Positions 53,061 to 64,000 of a stretch of DNA of 64,000 nucleotides are shown here, piece by piece. The stretch is from Mytilus trossulus (lineage: Eukaryota), in assembly GCF_036588685.1 (NCBI RefSeq), contig NC_086377.1, positions 61,876,001 through 61,940,000 on the forward strand, written 5' to 3'. Numbering within the stretch: the first letter of the stretch is position 1; each line of letters begins with the position of its first letter. The notes under the pieces are model-generated. The model saw nothing but the letters and a program-made list of their open reading frames with translations, did not search any database and was not told the origin of the DNA. Made by a program: the position numbers and the translations under genes.

Positions 53061-54298
53061 TTAAGTTCATTTATCTTATTTTGAATCATTAAAATTTGTG
53101 GTTTTCCCATTTTATGACATCAGAGCCAAAAACACTTACTTTTTGAATGCTGTAAATGGAAAATTGTTGCAATGTTTTATCAATAAGTAAAAGCATCTCA
53201 TTGAGTATATCAATAATAAGAACTTGCTTTCTTGAGTTTAGTACATATATCTGTACATACAATCGCCATCATTAAACTGGCATTTTAGTTCATTTTTCAA
53301 AAATCGCAATCTTAAATGCACGCATTATTTCGGCAATTACAGTAGTGCAATCCTATTGTTGGAATAATTAAAAGGAGTTTATGGGCGTTTGAACTGTACA
53401 ATATTCTCTTTTGAGTTTAAAAAAAAATCTTATTGTTTTACCATACCAAAGCACTGAACACATTATACAAATAAAGGCAACAGTAATATACCGCTAATCA
53501 AAACTCCTAAATCCATAGACAAAAAACAAAATCGGGGTAACAAACTAAAACCGAGGGAAACACATTAAATATAATAGGAGAACAACGACACAACACTAAC
53601 ATGTAACACACATAGAAACGGACCAATCATCAGACAAAATCCCACGAGAGTAACAAATATAACATCAAAACCAAATACATGAATTTGGGATAGACAAGTA
53701 CCGTGACACGTCTTATCGCAATGTACAAATCAGGGAACAGGGCTATATTAAACAAAATAAATCTTTGTATTAAAATAAAAGAGGAAGATATATACTGAGT
53801 GTGAAGTACGAGGTCGATATACTTCTTGATGTCAATGTATCCTCGTATCGACCTCATAAAAAGGCTACAATTGTGACATCATAATGGTCAAGAGTGAACG
53901 GAAAGTCACGTGTTTGGTTGTTGTGATTGTGTCAAACATTCTGAAAATTACAGTGCAATATCACTACTCTTCTAAGAGTAACCGTGCAATGTAACTTTTC
54001 TATTTTGTTTATAGTCTACCTTTGGAAATATAGTTGATTCTTTCCAAAAGAATAAAACAATAAGTAAGTATATACACAACCCAACCATAATTTTAATAAA
54101 TGTATGAGCTTTCCCTCAATCATTTGTTAAGTTTAAGGTCTGTCGTCAGGATGTAAAATTTTGTCTACAAACTCCTTTTTTAGGAAAACTTATTAAAACA
54201 AAGTATTAGTCAACACCAATATCACGTGATTAAAAACTTACGCGAAATCATACAACTTTTTTTTTTAAAGATAAATTGGATTTTTTCTAAGAACTTAC

Positions 54299-54390
54299 GG
54301 TGCGTCGTGTCCAATCAAATTCATCTTGATCTGTATCCTGGAAAATACATGGTGCTCCCTCAGTCTCAAATCCACAACTGTAGCCTATAA
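54299..54390 (-). CDS. Coding exon 3: N-terminus of a MAM domain
   Basis: gacag|...|gtaagt, phase 1-0: (I)IGYSCGFETEGAPCIFQDTDQDEFDWTRRT, matching the MAM C-x-FE...C...DxFDW motif. Confidence 0.9.
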
Positions 54391-54487
54391 CTGTCGAAAA
54401 AAGGTCGAATGTAATGCACTTTCTTATTATTGTAGAGACTTTGTTTCGCGTTTATCCCCAGCCCACCAGTCAGCACTAGACAATAAT

Positions 54488-54757
54488 ATCAATCATGTGG
54501 TCATTTTTTTTTAATTTCCTGTTTAGAAAACTTTGATTTTTTGGAAAAATAAGGATTTTCTTATCCCAAGCAGAGATTACCTTATCCGTATTTGGCACTA
54601 TTATTTGGAAATTTTGGTCCTCAATGCTCTTCAACTTTGTACTTGTTTGGCTTTATAACTATTATGATCGGAGCGTCACCACTGATGATCGAGTCTCATG
54701 TAGACGAAACGGGCGTCTGGGGTATTAAATTATAATCCTGGTACCTCTGATAACTAT
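54488..54757 (+). mobile_element. Retrozyme-like repeat with a degenerate hammerhead (~54671-54725)
   Basis: CTGATGA-tcga-GTC-tcatgta-GAC-GAAAC; a small insertion disrupts stem II. Confidence 0.65.
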
Positions 54758-55444
54758 TTGCAAGTAAGGGTTAGGATATCTGTATCATTGGCAATCATAC
54801 CACGTTACCATACTCTAATGCTGGTTTATTGGTTCACTAGGATGTTGGTTCAATATTTATTTCATTCCAACTTGTATTGTGTGCTACTGTACAGAAGAAC
54901 TTTATACGGAGGAATAATGTCAACAGTTATATAACGCTGTAGAAAAGTAAAACATCGATGGAGAGAAAACAAATGTGAGTTAAAAACTAAAAAAAACACG
55001 GCGAACTATTTGAGGGAAACACTTAAGTGCAAAAAAAAAAACGCCAACATACAGATACATGGAACAGGACATATAAAGAAGAAATTATACATGAATAAAG
55101 GCAACAGTAGAATACCGCTGATCAAAAGTCATATTTCAATGGACAAACAACATAATCGGGGAAACAAACTAAAACTGAGGGAAACGCATTGCATATAAGA
55201 GGAGAACAACGACACAATATTAAAATGTAACACACACAGGAACATAATAAGCATTAGACAAAATCTTATGAGAATAACAAATATAATATCAACATGACAC
55301 TTACTAAAAAACAACTTATTTTGCGACTTTCCAATGTAGAAAAATAACATGCGTTTAAATCGTTGCTAAAATGTAAAAATATGTGAAAATTCTAACTTTC
55401 AAAACATCATACAATTAAATAACCTTGGGTTAGAAGGCAACAAT

Positions 55445-55620
55445 TAGTTAACAAAGGTGCCAGGATTATTATTTAAAACGCCAGACGCTTGTTTCGTCTA
55501 TGTAAGACTAATCAGTGACGCTCATATGAAAATAGTTATAAAACCAAACAAGTACAAAGTTGAACAACATTGATGACCCAAAATTCCAAAAGGCAGTGCC
55601 AAATAAGGATAAGGTAGCAA
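55445..55620 (-). mobile_element. Retrozyme-like repeat with a degenerate hammerhead (~55476-55523)
   Basis: Minus strand GAGCGTCA-CTGATTA-GTC-ttacata-GAC-GAAAC-aagcgtctggcgt. Confidence 0.65.
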
Positions 55621-55844
55621 GGTCTTCTAACCCTTTTAGGGCACATTTTTTTTTATCGTCCACGGGAACATTTCAAATTTGGTTTTGGTCAGAAATGTTT
55701 CTTTTTCTTATTTGAAATTTCACTGTGGTCATATTTTCAAGCCGCTTTCATCGAAATTTATCATATAGGCCTCGGTGGCCGAATTTTCTTAAAAATTACT
55801 ACAGTACTATAAAAACTAGCCAGTCAACACTGACGATGTGCGAT

Positions 55845-56005
55845 CGAACTTTGCTCTCGGCTCTATTCTCGAGGATTGTTAGTTTTCCTATCGTAGCGGT
55901 GGTTTTCTCCGGTCATGCACCAACAAAGAACGGCCGCCATGAAATAGCCCGAAAGCGGAGAATAAAAGTGGCGTTAAAACACAGAAAATCAGAAAATCAA
56001 ATCGA
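55845..56005 (+). mobile_element. 3' part of a bivalve-type SINE
   Basis: GGTGGTTTTCTCCGG...GGCCGCCATGAAATAGC...AAAGTGGCGTTAAAACAC followed by an (AAATC)-like tail. Recognised from recall. Confidence 0.5.
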
Positions 56006-56348
56006 AATTGAACACAAAATATTTGAAGAAGAAGAAATCGAAAAATTATCCACGATATGTTTTAAAATATTACTTTTTAATTACAATTTCATATGCAACA
56101 TCGTCAAATCTTCAAACACTTCCTATATAGACGAGTGACTTTAACCATAGAGATTAGCAGACATTATTCAAATACATTTTGAAATATTTAAAGCGTATTT
56201 TTGATAGACAGCACATGTTTTCTGAATACAGCCGTGTGTTAGATGGGTACATGAAAGTCGTTAACTTAGCGTCTTTTTAGGTCATCCGCCTAATATATTT
56301 AACTCTATTTGAAAGTCTTTCATTGGCATTATTTTTGTGTATACTTAC

Positions 56349-56474
56349 TTTTACAACATGGTTCTCCATAACAACATGTACCTTCACTTTTCCATCCATC
56401 TTCAATTGTTTCAGTGCAGTTTACACCTTTATTTCCGCATATACCATTTGCAGCGAAACATTTTTTAGTAAGAC
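56349..56474 (-). CDS. Coding exon 2: beta-defensin-like Cys-rich module
   Basis: tttcag|...|gtaagt, phase 1-1: (S)LTKKCFAANGICGNKGVNCTETIEDGWKSEGTCCYGEPCCK. Confidence 0.85.
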
Positions 56475-56551
56475 CTGAAAAATTCAGTACTGTGATGCAA
56501 TATGACATAGTTCACTCTGTGTCATGCATTACAGGTATTAGTTACAACACA

Positions 56552-56815
56552 TTTTTATGTCCCATTTATAAGCATTATGTTTTTCCGTCTATGCGTCCGT
56601 TCATTCGTCCGTTCGTTCGACCTTTTGTTCGTTTGTTCGTTTTTGTACCGCTTCAAGTTAAAGTTTTTGGTCGAGGTAGTTTTTAATGAAGTTGAAGTCA
56701 AATCAACTTGAAACTTTGTTTACATGTTCCCTATGATATGATCTTTCTAATTTCATGCCAAATCAAACATAGAAAATGATAGTGCATTCGTATACTTGGG
56801 GCACAATCTTGTTTT
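56552..56815 (-). mobile_element. HINE/DINE-1-like element related to the one at 11475-11808
   Basis: (CGTY)n microsatellite followed by the GTAGTTTTTAATGAAGTTGAAGTC core. Confidence 0.6.
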
Positions 56816-56965
56816 AAGTATGTTCTAATGCTTACAAAACTAATATCCAAAAAATACTAAATCTGTGGAAATTCAAAACGGAAAGTTCCTTGTCAAATGG
56901 CAAAATCAAAAGATCATCCGAAACAAAAGAATAGATCACAGGCATTTTCTCATGTACAAAAAAAA

Positions 56966-57445
56966 TGTGCATTTAAGCAGTAAAAGACCTTAGTTTATTA
57001 TTATGAAATCATTCTAGCCAGCTTTCATCTGTGTGTCATTTTAGCAGTGAAAGACTTTAGTTTATAATTATGAAATCATTCTAGCAAGCACTCATCTGTG
57101 TGTTAATTAAACAGTAAAAGACCTTATTTTATAATTATGAAATCATTCTAGCCAGCACTCATATGTGTGTTATTTTAGCAGTAAAAGACCTTAGTTTATA
57201 ATTATGAAATCATTCTAGCCAGCACTCATCTGTGTGTTATTTAAGCAGTAAAAGACCTTAGTTTATAATTATGAAATCATTCTGGCAAGCACTCATCGGT
57301 GTGTTATTTAAGCAGTAAAAAACCTTAGTTTATAATTATGAAATCATTCTAGCCAGCACTCATCTGTTTGTTATTTAAGCAGTAAAAAACCTTAGTTTAT
57401 AATTATGAAATCATTCTAGCCAGCACTCATCTGTTTGTTATTAAA
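56966..57445. repeat. Second, unrelated 67-bp minisatellite (~7 units), intronic
   Basis: ATGAAATCATTC at 57003, 57070, 57137, 57204, 57271, 57338 and 57405. Confidence 0.95.
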
Positions 57446-57461
57446 CATAACGTTTACTTAC

Positions 57462-57525
57462 TTTCACATTGCGACACACAAATTGTGTTAAGGAAAAATG
57501 CAACCAAGCAACAAATCTTTGTCAT
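57462..57525 (-). CDS. First coding exon (signal peptide) of a secreted defensin-like/MAM protein
   Basis: tttcag|CATT ATG...: MTKICCLVAFFLNTICVSQCE + A|gtaagt. Hydrophobic N-terminus; phase 1. Confidence 0.8.
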
Positions 57526-57670
57526 AATGCTGAAAAAGAAAACAATTTTAAATGGTTTAAAAAAATCATTTGGTATCGCGACTTTTAAATTTCAATTATT
57601 AAAACAAAATGGCATTCAAAGTGTTTTAAATATTTAAATTCAACTTTTGACACTGTTGAAAAAATGTAAA

Positions 57671-59229
57671 CAGTAGTAAACCTATGTTCGAAATTCATAA
57701 ATCAATTGAAGCAGATCCGGGTTTCAAACTAAACTGATGGAAAACATCAAATATAGCAGGAGAACACCGAAACAATAGAAACACTGAAGTGTCAAAAATA
57801 AATAACAATGAAACACACACAAAAACGAACTATAAGATAACAATAGCTATATATCTGACTTGGTACACGATATTTTTAGAAGAAAAAATGGGTTGAACCT
57901 GGTTTTGAGACTAGCAAAACCTCCTGCTTTATGGTAATGTTAAATATAATACTAAAATAAGATATCGAAGGTACCAGGCTTATAATTTGATATACCAGAT
58001 GTATGATTCGTCTACATAAGACTCATCAGTGACGCTCAGGTTAAAATATCAAAGACAGCCTAACAAATATTAAGAACATTGATGACACAAAACTCTAAAA
58101 GGTTGTGCCAAATACCGCTAAGTTTATCATGTTTATCTGCCTGGGATAAGAAAATCCTCAGTATTCAGAATAATTCGTACTTTTGCAAACAGTTTTATAA
58201 AAAAGATTTGATATACATATCAATTCCGAAGTGGTGACTAACTATAGAATGAAAACGAATACGTCAAAGGACCTAAATCAGCAAATAAAAATTTGCACAC
58301 CCGAACCAAGCATTGAATGTCACCCGAAAAGATCAACGAACAAAAATGACGTCACAGCTAGATGTCTCAAAAATTCCAAACAAATGATCAAGATAAGGTT
58401 AGTTATTATGATTATACAGGTATTTAATAACAATGAAAATTACAAATTACGTAAGCAGTAGTAAACCTATGTTCGAAATTCATAAATCAATTGAATCAGA
58501 TCCGGGTTACAAACTAAACTGAGGGAAACACATGAAATATAAGAGAAGAACACCGAAACAATAGAAACACTGAAATGCCAAAAAAATTAAACGACAATGC
58601 AACACACACAAAAAACGAAGTAAAGATAACAATAGCCATATTCCTGACTTGGTACACGACATTTTAAGAAGAAAAAAATGGGTCGAACCTGGTTTGAGAC
58701 TAGCCAAACCTTCCGCTTTATTGCAATGTTAAATATAACACTAAAATAAGATATCGCGGGTACCAGGTTTATAATTTGATATACCAGACGCATGTTTCGT
58801 CTACCTAAGACTCATCGGTGACGCTCAGGTTAAAATAGTATATAAAGATTAACGAAGATAAAGAACATTGATGACCCAAAATTCCTGAAAGTTATGCCAT
58901 ATACCGCTAAGGTTATCTGCCTGGGATAAGAAAATCCTCAGTATTTAGAATAATTCATACTTCTGCGAACAGTAAATTTAAATAAAAGATTTGATTTACA
59001 TGTGAACGCCGAAGTGGTGACTAACTACAGAATGAAAACGAAAACGTCAAACAACATAAATCAGTCACAAAAAATCTGCACAGCTGAACCAAGCATTGAA
59101 TGTCAATTGAATAGATCAACGCACTAAAGTGACATCACAGCTAGATGTTAAAAAAATTCCAAAAAAATGTTCAAGATAAGGTTGGTTGTAATGATTATAC
59201 GGGTATTTAATAACAATGAAAATTACAAA
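57671..59229 (-). repeat. Diverged tandem pair of ~785-bp units, each with a degenerate hammerhead (~57992-58037 and ~58781-58826)
   Basis: CAGTAGTAAACCTATGTTCGAAATTC at 57671 and 58456. Minus-strand cores CTGATGA..GAAT and CCGATGA..GAAAC. Confidence 0.85.
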
Positions 59230-62200
59230 ACTTATGAATATAAAATTGTGTTTGTATAAGATAACTAATTATATCATCGAACTATATAAAAAGAAGACAT
59301 TTCTTCTAAAACAAACTGTAAACCAAATACACTATATAAGTTTAGTTACCCAAATCTAAAATCTTATAAATTAACTGGCTGATTAATTATTTTTCACACA
59401 TTTGATTGAACGTTCCTTTTTTTAGTATAATTCTCAATTGTTATTTAAAAGGCCATTTAATTTTTAAGTTAAGACACATGACAGTACAATACAGAATGTT
59501 ATTTTCGATTTGGAAAATTGATGAAGATCGCTGTCCGAGAGATACGCATGTCCTTTGTACACAAATTAATTATATCCCGCAAAGGAACACAACGAGAAGT
59601 AAAAACTACTAGCATTGCATGTTTGGCCTAAATTTGATAAAGGAGGATATTGATAGAAACTGCTTTCTTACTTTATTATTCTTATTTATCGAGAAAGTCG
59701 TTTGTCCTACAGATAATAAAAGACTATAGTTTAGCGGTTCAGTTATCTTGAGTATAAATAGACATGTAAGAAAAAAAAGTGTTTGCGGTAAATTTTTAGA
59801 TCTGTAAGATTTTACTTTATTGATGAAAACCTATAAGTTTAAACATATCAAATGTATTTTTTTAATGTCCAGCAAAGGTTAATCAAATGTCAATTCAGAT
59901 GTTATAGGATTATTGAGTTGCAAGACTTTACACCACAAGTATATATTAATTGTTCACGTAAAGAGTGATAAAAACCACAGCAGTAGTCATAATCAATAGT
60001 TTAATCAAAGGTCGTATGAATACGGATTGAGATAAGATTGAATTATTGACCTGCAAGGTTTTGCTAAATAAACTGAAATAAAGACAGTATGTTACCAATC
60101 AAAGGGTGAAAATAAGGTTGTTTAAGTACGGTATGAAATTAGATTGACTTGCAACTCAATAATATATTAGCTAGGTTTTATCAGCTTCTTGTGACCACAT
60201 TTTACCAATCAAACTGCCATTATCGAATTAGTATTCCAGTATTTCACTGTCACGTGAAAGATACAAAAGGATATTCAAACTTATCTGTCGACGAAGAACT
60301 TTTGCGAAGGTAGTAACATAAAACGACCAACCAGATTATAAACATCAGTATCTATTTAAATTACAACATACAAGCATGAGCCCCCCTAAGTATATTTATT
60401 ATATAGCACTCCCACTGAAGGTAGTTCAGGGGTATAAAAAAATGACAGAATTTTGACCCTGAATTATAACTATTACATGTAATATACTATGCTATTTGTA
60501 ATTTCCTTTCTATCTAAATTACATATAGTACATACATGTATTAGAGGATTCTGTACAATGTTTTAACTACAACACTTCAAGAGTTTTAGATTGCTAGAAA
60601 ATATAACACCTTCAAAAAAGCCGCACCTTCTAGTGTGAACATGTTGTGATGTTATGCTATTGTTTCAGAAAAAGGGAGAAGGTTTGGGCCCATTAAAACG
60701 TTTAATCCCGCTGCAAATGTTTGCACCTGTCCTAAGTCAGGAATCTGATGTACAGTAGTTGTCGTTTGTTTATGTAATATATACGTGTTTCTCGTTTCTC
60801 GTTTTGTTTATATAGATTAGACCGTTGGTTTTCCCGTTTGAATGGTTTTACACTAGTAATTTTGGGGCCCTTTATAGCTTGTTGTTCGGTGTGAGCCAAG
60901 GCTCCGTGTTGAAGGCCGTACTTTAACCTATAATGGTTAAATTTTTAAATTGTTATTTGGATGGAGAGTTGTCTCATTGGCACTCACACCACATCTTCCT
61001 ATATCTAATTACATATCTTGCAATTTTTGTTCATACACCTTTCAGAAAAATGCCTAAAAGAGGAAGTATTTATAATTGTTGAAATTACACTGTAAAAAAA
61101 CTTTTGGTCATGAATGGACCAGCTAAAAAAGGTTAAAGATTAGTATGTCTAAAGCTGTCAAGAGAATATAACACCCACTTAGAGCAGGTTCAATTTCAAA
61201 ACGTTTTCATTTATTGTCTTTAAAATGTTAAAGAAATGCACTACGAAATAACTTTACTGATCAGTTATCAGCAATATTATAAAGAGAGGCAGAATAAGCT
61301 TCAAAATTAAAAAAAGAATCCTTTTAGGTAGTAAAAGTTCTGTTTTTCTCTCATGAAAATTCTGAAGGATCGAATGCATTGTAGGAGGGTCAAGTTTAAA
61401 ATAATAGAAAATAATGCATGTAAAGTGCAAAATACATTTGTAAATAAAGAAAATAGACGGGAAATGTTCTCAATTTTAAGTGTGCATTCTTTACCAAATT
61501 AAACAACTGGAATCCAAGTCAAATCACCAGCATTCGCATTCAAATATTCCAGGTTTACAACAAGAAACTTCTGTGTATATATTATATAAACTTCCTACTT
61601 TCATGAATTTTTCTCCCAGAAACCCAAATGGTCCGACCCCTATGCAGATGTCGCATACAGACCTGAACTCTAAGGTCCACAAATTTTCAAATCAATTACA
61701 TGATAGAAATACATGTACCATGAACTATGCCTATGCTTACATATAAAAAAAGAAGATGCAGTATAATTATAAATGAGACTAATTTCCACAACAGACCAAA
61801 ATGACAAGGAAATTAACAACTTTAGGTCACCGTACAGCCTTCAACATTGAGCAAAGCCCATACCGCATAGTCAGCTATAAAAAGGGCCCGAAATGAAAAA
61901 TGTACATGTAAAACAATTCAAACGAGAAAAAACTAACGGCCTTATTTATACAAAAATAATGAACGAAAAACAAATATGTAACACACAAACAAACGACAAT
62001 CAGTGAATTACAGGCGCCTGACTTGTAGTTCGGCGGCTACAAGCATATTTCAAACGAATTGTGCACATCCTGCTACAAGCGTGAAACGTGGCATAGACCT
62101 TCCTCAACTATTACTTTTTTATTTCAGATAGGGAGGCATTTGAAAAAAAATTCTCACTTCCGGTAAAATCAAAATGGTGGACATCATACTTAAACAAGCC

Positions 62201-62574
62201 CTATATCGAAGGCTAGTATGTGAAAAGGTCTTATTATCATGCTACTAACATAATGTTTGGTATCAACCTTTGTCATATACTACTTTTGGATATACGATAT
62301 AGATAAGATGTCTACAAAAACCCTACTTCCGGTAAAATCCAACATGGCAGATATAGTAATAAAATAAGCTTATTTTTATGGAGGGTAATTGTAATGTGTT
62401 TTAATGTATTGCTATTATCATTACATTGTGCAGGAACCTTTTATTCGGTGCTTCTCATGCATGCAATGTATAAGACATAACTCTTTAAAACCTTTCTTCC
62501 GGTAATATCCAAAATGGAGGGCTTAGAAATATCAATTTTCTACTTTAATATTCAACTTTTTACAAGTTCCCAGT

Positions 62575-63095
62575 TTAGGGAATACCCTCAAGTAGTCTTC
62601 CCTTTTGTGCAAATAGTTATTTTCTTGATTCGTTAACCAAGTTAACCCCATCTGATAAGTTTGTGTGATCTTACAGATAAACCTCTGTGATTTACACTGA
62701 TCAGTCATCATTCCTTATGTGAAAGTCACATCTTCAAATGCCACCAATGTCTCCCATGTCCTCTTTTTTCCCCTGTTCAAGCAATCAGAGAACCATATAA
62801 AAAAACTGGTAAAGACATGCATCACAGTAAGTGTGTATAATCATTCATTGCCAGGTGCATGTGAAAGGTCATTGAAATATATTTATCCAAAGCTTTTTGC
62901 CCTCCCAAACACAATCCATAGTTCGTCTACCCCTGTCATGGAAAGGCGAAACTGTAATGACAGCATCATCATTTACGACAATTCGAAGCATGACTCTATT
63001 GTCAGCCTCTTAATGTGAGCATGGTGGTTAACTTGAAATACATCTCGAAGTAGATAAGATAGAATATCCTGTGCATTTGTTATAAATGCAAGAGC
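62575..63095 (-). pseudogene. Second, inverted remnant of the same XPG-like domain
   Basis: Minus strand reads PPCSH*EADNRVMLR, VDELWIVFGRAKSF, RGKKRTWETLVAFEDVT and VNESRK*LFAQKGRLLEGI. Confidence 0.65.
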
Positions 63096-63204
63096 TACAT
63101 GTATGAGAATGGGAATACACAGACGAATTCAGAGTTATAACAAGATGACAGCAATAAGAAAGAACTGTTAAGTTTCCATTCGCAACAGCTTGCTCAATTG
63201 ATGT

Positions 63205-63880
63205 TAAGGAAAAGGTAGTTATAGTAACAATTGCTCAGGATGTTCTGTGTTATCCACCACATGATGATGTTTCAAGCTTAGCATCATGTTCACGTAAACA
63301 AGATGGATGTGTCTGATGCAGTAAAACACGGACTTAACTATATGTCATGACTCGAACAGTCGATACTGATGTTGCTGTCCTTGCTGTTTCACTTTTCGGT
63401 GACATAGGGGCAGACAAACATTGGCGTGCATTTGGAAGTGGGAAAAGATTCAGATATATTATCTACCCATGACCTTTCAAATATTCTAAACATTGAGAGA
63501 TTACACGTTTGCTGGAAAAGGAACTGCCTTGGTGACATGGATGGTGTTTGAAGGTGTGACATTTAGAATGATGATTGATCAGCCAACATCGCAAGATATG
63601 GATTTGTCAATGTCATTGATAGAACGATACGTATTTTGTTGTAAGGTCGAACAAACTTATCAGATGGGGTTAACGAAGCAAGAAAAATGTGTTTATGGAA
63701 GGGGAAATACTTATTGAGGCTATTACCACGACTCGGTCTAGTCTTTTTCAGCAAGTAAAACGTGCAATATACCTTTGCGGGTGCGAATGAGTAACAAGCT
63801 AACTAGTCCATTGCTTTTGAATGGCGAAGGGAAAAATATAATCCATGGGAACCCTTTCGGACAACTTTTTGTGATGCCAT
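63205..63880 (+). pseudogene. Frameshifted XPG/FEN-like nuclease domain remnant of an Academ-like transposase
   Basis: Pieces read QDVLCYPPHDDVSSLASCS, RTVDTDVAVLAVSLFGDIGADKHWRAFGSGKRFRYI, FAGKG, VNEARK and QQVKRAIY. Confidence 0.7.
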
Positions 63881-64000
63881 CTTATCAAGAGCTTGTACAT
63901 TATAGATGAAAGAAACAATACTGCGATTTTTGTAAATTTGGAAAATAAGGTTTCCGATTGTGAATAAACATGTATTTGTAGCCATAAATTAGTCGTTCTA

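Larger units (their letters stand above)
62026..64000. mobile_element. Decayed Academ (AcademX-like) DNA transposon derivative, running off the window
   Basis: Begins TAGTTCGGCGGC exactly where another repeat is cut. Subterminal CTTCCGGTAAAATCCAA.ATGG repeats at ~62157, 62327 and 62496. XPG-like coding remnants inside. Confidence 0.6.

Noticed and set aside
55725-56138. 137-aa ORF
   Set aside because: It crosses a SINE fragment, is antisense within an intron and shows no recognisable domain.
61088-61105. CACTGTAAAAAA as another CACTA terminus
   Set aside because: No partner end or TSD found.

Overview
AT-rich animal genomic DNA; the repeat families resemble those of a bivalve such as Mytilus (inference from recall, not a search). 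About 48 kb of the window is two copies of one giant (~20 kb) non-autonomous CACTA/EnSpm-like DNA transposon, lying in opposite orientation 2.6 kb apart. Copy 1 is 393-27657 (TSD TAC) and copy 2 is 30245-50742 (TSD ATA). Both end in the 11-bp TIR CACTGCATGAA. Copy 1 has an internal ~8-kb tandem duplication. Copy 2 has a young 5'-truncated LINE and is inserted inside a 67-bp satellite. The element carries a spliced, decayed gene (YMSSE..PWRS-type protein) and many nested repeats, but no recognisable transposase. To the right is a spliced host gene on the minus strand that the ORF track misses (exons 57525-52739), encoding a signal peptide, a beta-defensin-like Cys-rich module and the first half of a MAM domain. 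Its introns and upstream region hold five degenerate hammerhead-ribozyme repeats. The window ends in a decayed Academ-like transposon with two inverted XPG-like coding remnants. Most ORFs in the supplied track are spurious.
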